Assembly (NCBI GenBank): GCA_963693055.1
Contig: OY843751.1
Coordinates: 5,184,001-5,248,000, forward strand
Length of the DNA stretch: 64,000 nt
Reading direction: 5' to 3'
Origin: a bacterium
GTDB lineage: Bacteria; Zhuqueibacterota; Zhuqueibacteria; Residuimicrobiales; Krinioviventaceae
The position numbers were made by a program, and so were the translations under genes. Shown here one piece after another: positions 9,569 through 18,314 of the stretch (position 1 is the stretch's first letter; each line of letters starts with the position of its first letter). A model generated the notes under the pieces. That model saw only the letters and a program-made list of their open reading frames with translations, was not told the DNA's origin and ran no database searches.

Positions 9569-10140
9569 TTACCCTTTGTCATTCTGGTCCAGGCAGGTTT
9601 TTGTTTTTACAATTTTTCTGCCGATCCTCTCCATAACCAGGTGATACAGTATTTCATAGTTTCTTACACGAGCCAGCCAGTGATACTCTAGTGATAAAAC
9701 ATTATCAACTTTGAATGACCATTGTCGGGATTCCCGATATTCCATGAATGCCTCATTGAACGTTTTTATCATGGACTGAACTCGGGCCCTTTTTAGTAAA
9801 CCATCCAAAGGTCCCTTGAAATCCCATTTAAACGCAAAACCCGTTTTAATGCTAATGATATTATCCTGCACCCCTTTGGTGTGCCGTACAACCGGGATCG
9901 TGCTTTAGCTCAACGCTTACAGTGGCGTTAACCTGCAAAGTTTAAATAACGAAGGAAATAGCAGCATATCACTTCCAGCGTAATGCAATCTGATGGTAAT
10001 TTATTTTTTGGAATGAACCCGAATCCTGTACGGATACGTTTTAGCCCATCCCATTAATTCATACCACAATCCCAGGTATTCCGGATCACCTCGGTCAGAG
10101 GGACGGGAGACAATAGCAAACCGGTTCTTTTTTAGGGCCT
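9569..10140 (-). pseudogene. Degraded glycogen/starch synthase (GT5, GlgA-like) C-terminal fragment
   Basis: Manual translation YAGSDMLLFPSLFKLCRLTPL*ALS*STIPVVRHTKGVQDNI...TGFAF resembles GlgA YAGAD.FLMPS.FEPCGLTQL.A..YGT.P.VR.TGGL.DT...TGF.F. It has two in-frame stops and an upstream frameshift. Confidence 0.7.
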
Positions 10141-10150
10141 GATCAAGGGG

Positions 10151-10774
10151 TCATCCATTCTTTAACGATTCCATCAACTCGAAAAAATAAATCGGTTCTT
10201 TTTTCGTATACAAACCTTTCCAGGCTTCCAGCGTGTCTTCCTTGAACAAATCCAATAATTTTAGGATCTCATATGTAAACTCTATGGGATTCAATCCGGA
10301 AGCGGTAATTAAATTTTTATCGTTAACAGCCGGACTATTTTGAAATAACGCCTCTCCCTTGTATGCTTTACAGGCATATTTTAAATATTCTTTATCATTG
10401 CTGGTATGTTTCTTATTATCCAACGCCCCGATATTGGCAAGTCCTGCGGTTGCTCCGCATATTGCCGCAACAGGATAATCGTTATCAATTCTTTCCTTTG
10501 CGATATTCAATACTTTTACATTTTCAGCATTGAACCAGGTATCTCCTCCGGGGAGGATTAAAATATCATCACTTTTCAAATTCATTTCATCAAGTGTAAT
10601 ATCGGGAACAATCTCGATTCCTCCCATGGTCGTAATGGCTTTTTTCTCCAACCCTACTTTTGTAATCTCGCAGGAAACATCTTTTTTAAAATACCGTTTC
10701 GAATATACTTCAGATGTCAAATAAGCGATTTCCCAATCAGCCAGAGTGTTTAAAACGTATAAATATATACTCAT
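10151..10774 (-). CDS. DJ-1/PfpI family (type 1 glutamine amidotransferase-like) protein
   Basis: LADWEIAY, ITTMGGI.I.PD, LILPGGDTW, VAAICGAT (nucleophile Cys), LITASG. Confidence 0.9.
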   Translation of the reverse strand: MSIYLYVLNTLADWEIAYLTSEVYSKRYFKKDVSCEITKVGLEKKAITTMGGIEIVPDITLDEMNLKSDDILILPGGDTWFNAENVKVLNIAKERIDNDYPVAAICGATAGLANIGALDNKKHTSNDKEYLKYACKAYKGEALFQNSPAVNDKNLITASGLNPIEFTYEILKLLDLFKEDTLEAWKGLYTKKEPIYFFELMESLKNG

Positions 10775-10900
10775 TTTTCCCTCTTTTTTAATAACTATCT
10801 AGTTGCAATACGGCAGGCAATTTGCATACCCCACCTGTTTTTATTTTTGAATGGTCTATGGGCAACTTGTTGGAATCGCTGCCAATACTACCATCCGAAT

Positions 10901-10975
10901 TTTAACGCAGAGCGCGCGGAGGTCGCTGAGACATAAATCATTTCCCCTCTGCGTCACTGCGGTCTCTGCGTTAAA
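10901..10975. repeat. Inverted repeat built from ~9-nt cgcagag units
   Basis: tttaacgcagag-cgcgcggag-gtcgctgag ... ctctgcg-tcactgcg-gtctctgcgttaaa; related copies at 21191-21262, 8169-8197 and 23139-23167. Confidence 0.7.
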
Positions 10976-10992
10976 TTAAATACAAACAAAAA

Positions 10993-12801
10993 TTATTTCT
11001 GATAATGCTCTTTAATGATCTCGCCCATAAAATTGGGTTTTAATGCAATACGATTGTTTTCATCCTTGTATGTAAAATTGGCGGTCTCGTAAAGTACAAA
11101 TCCATCAATACGCGGATATTTTTTCACAAGCGCAATTTCTTCCAGCTTGACCTGTTTTCTTCCTTCATCGGAAGGATAGCTGTGAAAGTCACTTTGAAAG
11201 TAAAACGGCTTGTTGGCGACATGGGTGACAGCACTAAAAATATCCAGGGCTTTTTGTAAATTCCAGGGTTGGAGCTTGAAAGAACCCCTGAATTCCAGAT
11301 CATCGGCAATTTCATTCACCCACGTTTGCCATTGCCACTCGATATTGGGCGGCAGTGAAGGTATACTGTTCCGGCTTTCAAAGCGATCGTCAGCCATGAG
11401 CAATTCAGAATGCAGATGCAGGGTCAGTTTTTTGCCATCATCCCGAATAACCGTTTTGGCTTCTTTGAGAAATTGGGTCAGGGCGTTACCATTGATATGG
11501 CTGACAGTGGTATAGTCCGTACGTCCACCAGAAACTTCAAGTACCGGTTCATTGAATCCATAATTCCAGTAATCCGGCGATTTTGTATGGTTCGCCATTC
11601 TGTAATTGATACCGTCCACGCCCCGCTCCAGACAGAATCGGGTGATATCCATCCAGTGCTCTCTCACCTCGGGATAAACGGGATTCAAATTCCCCAGCAT
11701 GTATTTCTGTTTTCCGCAGGCAACGGCAATAAATCCGTCTCTGTCTAATGTTTTGCGTTTTGTGAGTTTGTAAAACTCGTCAAAAACATAGAAATCCTGA
11801 TAATGCGCTTTCATTTTTTCAACATCATGCATCTCTTTTTTCACCTCGGGATGCTGAAAATACCGGATATATTTTTTCCGTTCTTCACCTGCCATAATCA
11901 TAATATCGCGTTCGCTGTATGTGACGGAACCACTGCCAAAAATATAAGGAATGGTTTTGCCATCCGGACCAATCAGTTCTATAATTTTCCCAATCTCATT
12001 GCTAAAATCACCCTGTTTATCAGCCAGAGTACAGCGTATTAAAATATATGTCTGGTCATCACCAAGTTCCAATCCTTCAAGATGGAGGATGCGGCATTGT
12101 TTCCATTTCGGAAATCCCTTGCGCCACTCGACAGATTCCCGAAAAGATACGGGTCCGGTGTATTCCGTGAACCTGTTATTGGTCGCGCTTGTGTATATAG
12201 TTAAATGCTCTGCTTTGACACGAGTGGGTTCATCGCTGTCTTTTATCAGGCGTATTGTTTTAACAGGGCCCTGGAATTCATAGGTCCCGGGTTTGCGCTT
12301 CAAAGACATTTCCGGGTGACTGGCAGAAAAGGGATTTGCCCAGGGAGAGATCCCACAGATATCTTTAAAAGCTACCGCTTCTTTTGGAAAAGGCATGGTA
12401 TGAGGTAAAACAGACCTGACGCCACCATCTTCAAAGAGCTTGATTTCCGCATAGAGCTCTATACCATATCTGTGCGCGGATTTCACAACCTCGGTCAGCA
12501 GATCTATTCCATAAGGATGTTTTTCGTAAAAAGACCAATAGGTGCTCACAATCCATTGATGACGGGTAACACCCAACGATGCCAGACTTTTGTGCAGATC
12601 GTCCAGCTGATTTATATCCATAAAAGAATCGTTTACCGAAACATTATCTGAATAATCCGTTGTGGCAAATAATCTCTTTAGGGTCTCGGGCTTAGCACCT
12701 GCAAATGGAGAAGAAAAGCTGTTCAAAGCCAGCGCCCCAATCCCCAATGTGGTATGTGATAAAAACGTTCTTCGGCTGATAGATGCTGATGATGTAGTCA
12801 T
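10993..12801 (-). CDS. Tat-exported hypothetical protein, putative GHL10/DUF187-like TIM barrel (paralog 5 of 5)
   Basis: SRRTFL Tat motif; GNLNPVYPEVREHW, RFCLERGVDGINYR and GFVLYETA are shared with four neighbours. Confidence 0.7.
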   Translation of the reverse strand: MTTSSASISRRTFLSHTTLGIGALALNSFSSPFAGAKPETLKRLFATTDYSDNVSVNDSFMDINQLDDLHKSLASLGVTRHQWIVSTYWSFYEKHPYGIDLLTEVVKSAHRYGIELYAEIKLFEDGGVRSVLPHTMPFPKEAVAFKDICGISPWANPFSASHPEMSLKRKPGTYEFQGPVKTIRLIKDSDEPTRVKAEHLTIYTSATNNRFTEYTGPVSFRESVEWRKGFPKWKQCRILHLEGLELGDDQTYILIRCTLADKQGDFSNEIGKIIELIGPDGKTIPYIFGSGSVTYSERDIMIMAGEERKKYIRYFQHPEVKKEMHDVEKMKAHYQDFYVFDEFYKLTKRKTLDRDGFIAVACGKQKYMLGNLNPVYPEVREHWMDITRFCLERGVDGINYRMANHTKSPDYWNYGFNEPVLEVSGGRTDYTTVSHINGNALTQFLKEAKTVIRDDGKKLTLHLHSELLMADDRFESRNSIPSLPPNIEWQWQTWVNEIADDLEFRGSFKLQPWNLQKALDIFSAVTHVANKPFYFQSDFHSYPSDEGRKQVKLEEIALVKKYPRIDGFVLYETANFTYKDENNRIALKPNFMGEIIKEHYQK

Positions 12802-12828
12802 GGTATTTTAATCCGCTTTGATAAAATA

Positions 12829-14637
12829 TCATTTTTTCTGATAATGCTCTTTAATGATCTCGCCCATAAAATTGGGTTTCAATGCAATGCGATTGTTTTC
12901 ATCCTTGTATGTAAAATTGGCAGTCTCGTAAAGTACAAATCCATCAATACGCGGATAATTTTTCACAAGCTCAATCTCTTCCAGCTTGAGCTGTTTTCGA
13001 CCTTCATCAGTGGGATAGCTGTGAAAATCACTTTGAAAGTAAAAAGGTTTATTGGCGGCATGGGTGACAGCACTGAAAATATCCAAAGCCATTTGTAAAT
13101 TCCAGGGTTGGAGTTTGAACGAACCCCGGAATTCCAGATCATCAGCAATTTCATGTACCCAGGTTTGCCACTGCCATTCGATATTGGGCGGTAATGAAGG
13201 CAAACTGTTCTTGCTATTCTGACGATCATCCGGAAACAACATGCCCGCATGCAGGTGGAGCGTTAATCCCTTACCCCTGGCTTTAATGACGGTTTTGGCG
13301 TCCCGTAGAAATTTTGTATACGCATCACCATTGACTTTGTTGATGCTTGTGTAATCCGTCTTTCCGCCTGTTGCCTTGAGAACGGGTTCGTTATAACCAT
13401 ACTCCCAATATTCCGGAGAGCGTGTATGGTTCGCCATTCTAAAATTAATGCCATCCACGCCCCTGTCCAGACAAAAATGAACCAGCTCCATCCAGTGTTC
13501 TCTGACCTCGGGATATATGGGATTCAAATTCCCCAGCATGTATTCAGGCCTGCCGCACGCAGCGGCAATAAAGCCCTCCCGGTCCAGCGTCAAGGGCTTG
13601 GTGACTTTATAAAATTCATCAAAAGGATAGAAATCCTGAAAATGCCATTTCATCTTTTCAGGATCGCTTATTTCTTTTTGCACCTCGGGCAATTGCAGAT
13701 AACGGATCAATTGCGTTCTCATTTTATTTTTGAAAAAGACACGGGTATAATAATCAAGATCAGCCGGACCTCGGCTGAGACCATAGGGAATGACTTTGCC
13801 ATCAGCGCCAATAATCTCTAATATTTTTCCTTTCTCGTTTGTAAAGTCACCCTTGCTATCCGCCATGGAACTGCGTATCAAAATATAGCGATGGTCATTA
13901 GGGATTTCAAGACCTTCAAAGTTTAATATTCTAGATTGCTTCCATTTGGGGAATCCCTTGCGCCACTCTACCGATTCCCGAAAAGAAACCGGACCGGTAT
14001 ACTCTGTAAACCGGTTATTGGTTGCACTGGTCCAGATTGATAAATGTTCTGCTTTTAAACGCGTATGACTATCGTCCCTCTTGACGATCCGGATTGCTTT
14101 AACCGGGAGTTTAAACTCTCCGGAACCCGGCCTGCGCTTCATACTCATTTCCGGATGTCGGGCCGCAAAAGGGCGCGCCAAAAGATCAATGCCTTTCATA
14201 TTTTTTAAGGCAACAGCACCTTTGGGGAACGGCATGGTGAGTGGTAAAAGCGCGCCAAACCCACCGTCTTCAAAGGTTTTGATCTCTCCATACAATTCAA
14301 TACCATGCTTGTGAGCAGATTTGACGACCTCGGCTAACAGATCAAAGTTGTGGGGATAGTTTTCGTAAATCGTCCAGATCGTATCCACAATCCATTGGTG
14401 GCGTGTCACACCAAGGGACGCCAGACATTCGTGAAACTGGTCCAATTGCTCCAAATCCATAAAACTTTCACCAAACAAATTATCTGTATAATCGGTTGTT
14501 GCAAATAATTTTTTTACAGTTTCGGGTTTGGAACTTTTGAATGGAGCGGCAATACTATTTAATGATAGTGCCCCCATTCCCAACAGGGTTTGTGACACAA
14601 ATGTTCTGCGACTGATAGATGCTGATGTTTTTGTCAT
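12829..14637 (-). CDS. Tat-exported hypothetical protein, putative GHL10-like (paralog 4 of 5)
   Basis: SRRTFV Tat motif and the same conserved blocks. Confidence 0.7.
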   Translation of the reverse strand: MTKTSASISRRTFVSQTLLGMGALSLNSIAAPFKSSKPETVKKLFATTDYTDNLFGESFMDLEQLDQFHECLASLGVTRHQWIVDTIWTIYENYPHNFDLLAEVVKSAHKHGIELYGEIKTFEDGGFGALLPLTMPFPKGAVALKNMKGIDLLARPFAARHPEMSMKRRPGSGEFKLPVKAIRIVKRDDSHTRLKAEHLSIWTSATNNRFTEYTGPVSFRESVEWRKGFPKWKQSRILNFEGLEIPNDHRYILIRSSMADSKGDFTNEKGKILEIIGADGKVIPYGLSRGPADLDYYTRVFFKNKMRTQLIRYLQLPEVQKEISDPEKMKWHFQDFYPFDEFYKVTKPLTLDREGFIAAACGRPEYMLGNLNPIYPEVREHWMELVHFCLDRGVDGINFRMANHTRSPEYWEYGYNEPVLKATGGKTDYTSINKVNGDAYTKFLRDAKTVIKARGKGLTLHLHAGMLFPDDRQNSKNSLPSLPPNIEWQWQTWVHEIADDLEFRGSFKLQPWNLQMALDIFSAVTHAANKPFYFQSDFHSYPTDEGRKQLKLEEIELVKNYPRIDGFVLYETANFTYKDENNRIALKPNFMGEIIKEHYQKK

Positions 14638-14663
14638 AATACACTATTCCTATTTGAAAAACA

Positions 14664-16484
14664 TCATTTTTTCAGATAATTCTCTTTAATGATTTCATCC
14701 ATAAAATCGGGTTTTAATGCAATGCGGTTATTCTCATTTTTGTATGTAAAATTTGCAGTTTCATAAAGCACGAATCCGTCAATTCCCGGATGATTTTTCA
14801 CAAGCTCAATCTCTTCCAGTTTAACCAGTTCTCGTCCTTTGTCAGAGGGATAACTGTGAAAATCACTTTGATAATAGAATGGCTTATTTGCCGCTTTCGT
14901 AACATGAGTGATAATATCCAATACTTTTTCCACATTCCAGGGACGCAGTTTGAAAGCACCACGAAACTCGATGTCATCAGCAATCTCGTTAATCCAGGTT
15001 TCCCATTGCCATTCGATGTTGGGAGGGATGGAAGGAACTCGCCTGCCGCCCCGTTCATCCGGCCAGAACATGTCGCCATGTAAATGCAGGGTTAATCCTT
15101 TATCCCGGCTTTTTATCAAGGATTTTGCTTCCCGCAGGAATTGGGTAAAAGCGTTACCATTTACCTTGTTAATGCTGGCATAATCGGTTTTTCCACCGGT
15201 CGCTTTCAGCGTGGGTTCATTAAAACCATACTCCCAATATTCCGGAGATCGATTATGGTTCGACATTCTAAAATTGATACCATCCACACCCCTATCCAGA
15301 CAAAACCGCACCAACTTTAGCCAGTGCTCTCTTACTTCCGGATAAACAGGATTCATATTACCCAGCTTATATTCCGGTTTACCGCAGGCAATCGCCAAAA
15401 ATCCTTGCTCATCCAGAGTTACCGTGTTTGTTATTTTATAGTATTCATCAAAGGGATAAAAATCCTGAAAATGTTTTTGCATTTTTCGAGTATCTTTGAT
15501 CTCCTGTTGAACCTCCGGTAATTGCAGGTACCGTATCAGCTGCGTCCGCATTTTATTCTGAAAATAGACCCGGTTATAATAGTCAAAATCCTGTGCTGGG
15601 CCATTGCTCAAAGTATAAGGTATGGTTTGCCCGTCCGCACCGACAAGTTCAAGGATCTTTCCCTTTTCGTTGGTTAAGTCACCCTCTTTATCAGCCAGAG
15701 AACTGCGAATTAAAATGTATCGGTGGTCCTTTGGGATTTTCAGGCCTTCAAGATGAAGGATACGGCATTGCTTCCATTTGGGGAAACCTTTACGCCATTC
15801 CACAGTCTCGCGAAAGGATACCGGACCGTTGTATTTTTCAAACTGGTTGTTGGTTGCGCTGGTCCAGATGGATAAATGCTCTGCTTTGATGCGGGTGGGG
15901 CTATCATCCCTTTTAATAATGCGGATTGTCTTTACGGGGCCTTTGAACGCAAAAGTGCCGGGTCGCCGTTTCATGCTCATCTCCGGATGCCTGGCAGCAA
16001 AAGGACGCGCAAAAAGATCAATTCCCCGCAGATCTTTGAATGCAACCGCATCCTGGGGGAACGGCATAGTGAGCGGAAAAAGCGGACCGCTTCCACCGTC
16101 TTCAAAGGGAATGATCTCTGCATAAAATTCAATGCCATGGCGATGAGCGGATTTAACTGCTTCTTCCAGCAAGTCAAAGTTATGGGGATATTTATCGTAT
16201 ATTGACCAAATGGTGTCCACAATCCATTGGTGGCGGGTCACGCCCAGGGAAGCCAGACTTTTGTGGAACTGGTCCAACTGCTCAATATCCATAAAGGTCT
16301 CGCCAAACAGGTTGTCGGTATAATCGGTTGTGGCAAACAATTTCTTGATGGTTTCCGGCTTGTTTTGCGCATGCGCAGTTTTAACAAACGGATGAGTTGC
16401 TGTACTCATTGCAGCAAAACCGGTCCCATAAATTGATTTTGTGATAAAAGACCTTCTTGAAATTGGATTATTGCCCCTTTTCAT
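14664..16484 (-). CDS. Tat-exported hypothetical protein, putative GHL10-like (paralog 3 of 5)
   Basis: SRRSFI Tat motif and the same conserved blocks. Confidence 0.7.
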   Translation of the reverse strand: MKRGNNPISRRSFITKSIYGTGFAAMSTATHPFVKTAHAQNKPETIKKLFATTDYTDNLFGETFMDIEQLDQFHKSLASLGVTRHQWIVDTIWSIYDKYPHNFDLLEEAVKSAHRHGIEFYAEIIPFEDGGSGPLFPLTMPFPQDAVAFKDLRGIDLFARPFAARHPEMSMKRRPGTFAFKGPVKTIRIIKRDDSPTRIKAEHLSIWTSATNNQFEKYNGPVSFRETVEWRKGFPKWKQCRILHLEGLKIPKDHRYILIRSSLADKEGDLTNEKGKILELVGADGQTIPYTLSNGPAQDFDYYNRVYFQNKMRTQLIRYLQLPEVQQEIKDTRKMQKHFQDFYPFDEYYKITNTVTLDEQGFLAIACGKPEYKLGNMNPVYPEVREHWLKLVRFCLDRGVDGINFRMSNHNRSPEYWEYGFNEPTLKATGGKTDYASINKVNGNAFTQFLREAKSLIKSRDKGLTLHLHGDMFWPDERGGRRVPSIPPNIEWQWETWINEIADDIEFRGAFKLRPWNVEKVLDIITHVTKAANKPFYYQSDFHSYPSDKGRELVKLEEIELVKNHPGIDGFVLYETANFTYKNENNRIALKPDFMDEIIKENYLKK

Positions 16485-18301
16485 TCAACAGCTCCCTGTT
16501 TAAATTGCGATCCTATTATACTCTTGATATCAGAACTCCCCTCAATGTTGCCCGTTTTATTCAAACGGGTATATGCCGCTGTTTCGTATAGACAAAATCC
16601 GGCTATTTCAGGATATTTTTGCATCACTTGAAGATCTTTACTCAAACGGTAATTGGGCCCATCAAAAGTGGTTTCATGAAAATGATCTTGAAAATACAGA
16701 GCTTTATCAGCCTGTTGAGTGACTGAAAGAATGGTTTCCAAAACTTGTTTTGCATGCCAGGGACGGAGAGTGTACACGCCCCGAAATTCCAAATCGTCAG
16801 CAATTTCGTTCACCCAGGTTTCCCACTGCCAATCAAAATTGGGTGGCAGATAGCTTAAACGCCAATGCCTGTCATCCGGGGCCAGCATTTGGGCAAATAT
16901 ATGTACTGTAATCGCTTTCCCCCTGCTTTTGATCAACTCCCGCGCTTCCCGCAAAAATTGTGTATATGCATCGCCATTAATTCGTTTTATGGTTGGATAA
17001 TCCGTTTTACCGCTGGCAGCGTTAAGAACCGGATCGTTAAATCCGTATTCCCAAGCCTCGGGATCCTGACTATGGTTTGCTGCTCTAAAATTAACTCCGT
17101 CTACTCCCCTGTCCAGGCAATAACGAGTCATCTCCAACCAGTGCTCCCTCACCTCTGCATATATGGGATGAAGGTTTCCCAATAAATATTCCGGTTTACC
17201 ACACACAACTGCAATGAACCCGTCTTTATCAAGAGATTTAGAGTCTGTAACTTTATAACGGTCGTAATTGTAGAAATTTTGATAATGCTTTCGCATCTTT
17301 TCAGGATCATTCAATTCTTTCTTGAACTCGGGTAAAGCAAAATAAGGTATCAGATCATAATCATTTATCTGCATTAGATTATAAAATCTTGCCTCATCTG
17401 TTTCAAGAGTAACGGGACCCGTGCTGTGTGTGCAAGGTATCGCTTTTCCATCGGGTCCTTCCAGTTCTATGATTTTTGAAATTTCATTACTGAAATTTCC
17501 ATTTTCGTCAAGAGAACATTTTATCAAAATGTGCCGATGATTCGCTGGTAATTCCAGGTTTTCCAGATTCAATATCCGGCATTTTCTTCCTTTTGGGAAT
17601 CCGATGCGCCATTCAACAGATTCACGAAAGGAAAGTGGCCCCTTGTACGGCTCAAACTCGTTATTGGTAGGGCTGGTAAATAAAGAGAGATGTTCAGCCT
17701 GGATACCTGTTGGCTTGTCATCTTTTTTAACAAGACGAATTGATGAAACCGGTCCACGGAATTCAAAACTTCCGGGTCTGCGTTTCAAATTCATCTCCAG
17801 GTTCTGAGCTGCAAAAGAACTTGCATAGGGTTTAATTCCGCGTATATCCTGAAACGCTTGTGCGTTTTTGGGAAAGGGTAACGAGTGTGGTAATACCGGT
17901 CTGCATCCGCTCTCTTCAAAGGGTTTAATAATCGCATAAAATTCGATACCATGTGCATGTGCCGATTTAACAGCTTCTTTTAACAGATCAAACCCATGCG
18001 GATAATTGTCATAATACGTCCAATTTGTATCAAACATCCATTGATGACGTGTAACACCCAGCGACGCAAGGTAGCTATGTAACTGATCCAGTTGGGCTTT
18101 GTCCATAAAGGATTTATTTACTAAAACATTGTCCAAGTAGTCTGTTGTAGCAAGCAGCTTTTTATTTGTTTTAAACTTGAATTTTTCTATGCTTGAATTC
18201 AGAAACGGATCACTTGCATAGCCCAAAACTGATGATCCTAATGTGATTAATGTTTGCGCCAGAAATTCTCTTCTATTGATATGAAAAGATTTTTTTATCA
18301 T
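16481..18301 (-). CDS. Tat-exported hypothetical protein, putative GHL10-like (paralog 2 of 5)
   Basis: NRREFL Tat motif and the same conserved blocks; 4-nt overlap with the next gene. Confidence 0.7.
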   Translation of the reverse strand: MIKKSFHINRREFLAQTLITLGSSVLGYASDPFLNSSIEKFKFKTNKKLLATTDYLDNVLVNKSFMDKAQLDQLHSYLASLGVTRHQWMFDTNWTYYDNYPHGFDLLKEAVKSAHAHGIEFYAIIKPFEESGCRPVLPHSLPFPKNAQAFQDIRGIKPYASSFAAQNLEMNLKRRPGSFEFRGPVSSIRLVKKDDKPTGIQAEHLSLFTSPTNNEFEPYKGPLSFRESVEWRIGFPKGRKCRILNLENLELPANHRHILIKCSLDENGNFSNEISKIIELEGPDGKAIPCTHSTGPVTLETDEARFYNLMQINDYDLIPYFALPEFKKELNDPEKMRKHYQNFYNYDRYKVTDSKSLDKDGFIAVVCGKPEYLLGNLHPIYAEVREHWLEMTRYCLDRGVDGVNFRAANHSQDPEAWEYGFNDPVLNAASGKTDYPTIKRINGDAYTQFLREARELIKSRGKAITVHIFAQMLAPDDRHWRLSYLPPNFDWQWETWVNEIADDLEFRGVYTLRPWHAKQVLETILSVTQQADKALYFQDHFHETTFDGPNYRLSKDLQVMQKYPEIAGFCLYETAAYTRLNKTGNIEGSSDIKSIIGSQFKQGAVE

Positions 18302-18314
18302 TTTTTACTTTTCC

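Noticed and set aside
9900-9925. In-frame TAA codons as stop-codon recoding
   Set aside because: TAA terminates many intact genes here, and the region also has a frameshift and motif decay, so a pseudogene is the simpler explanation.
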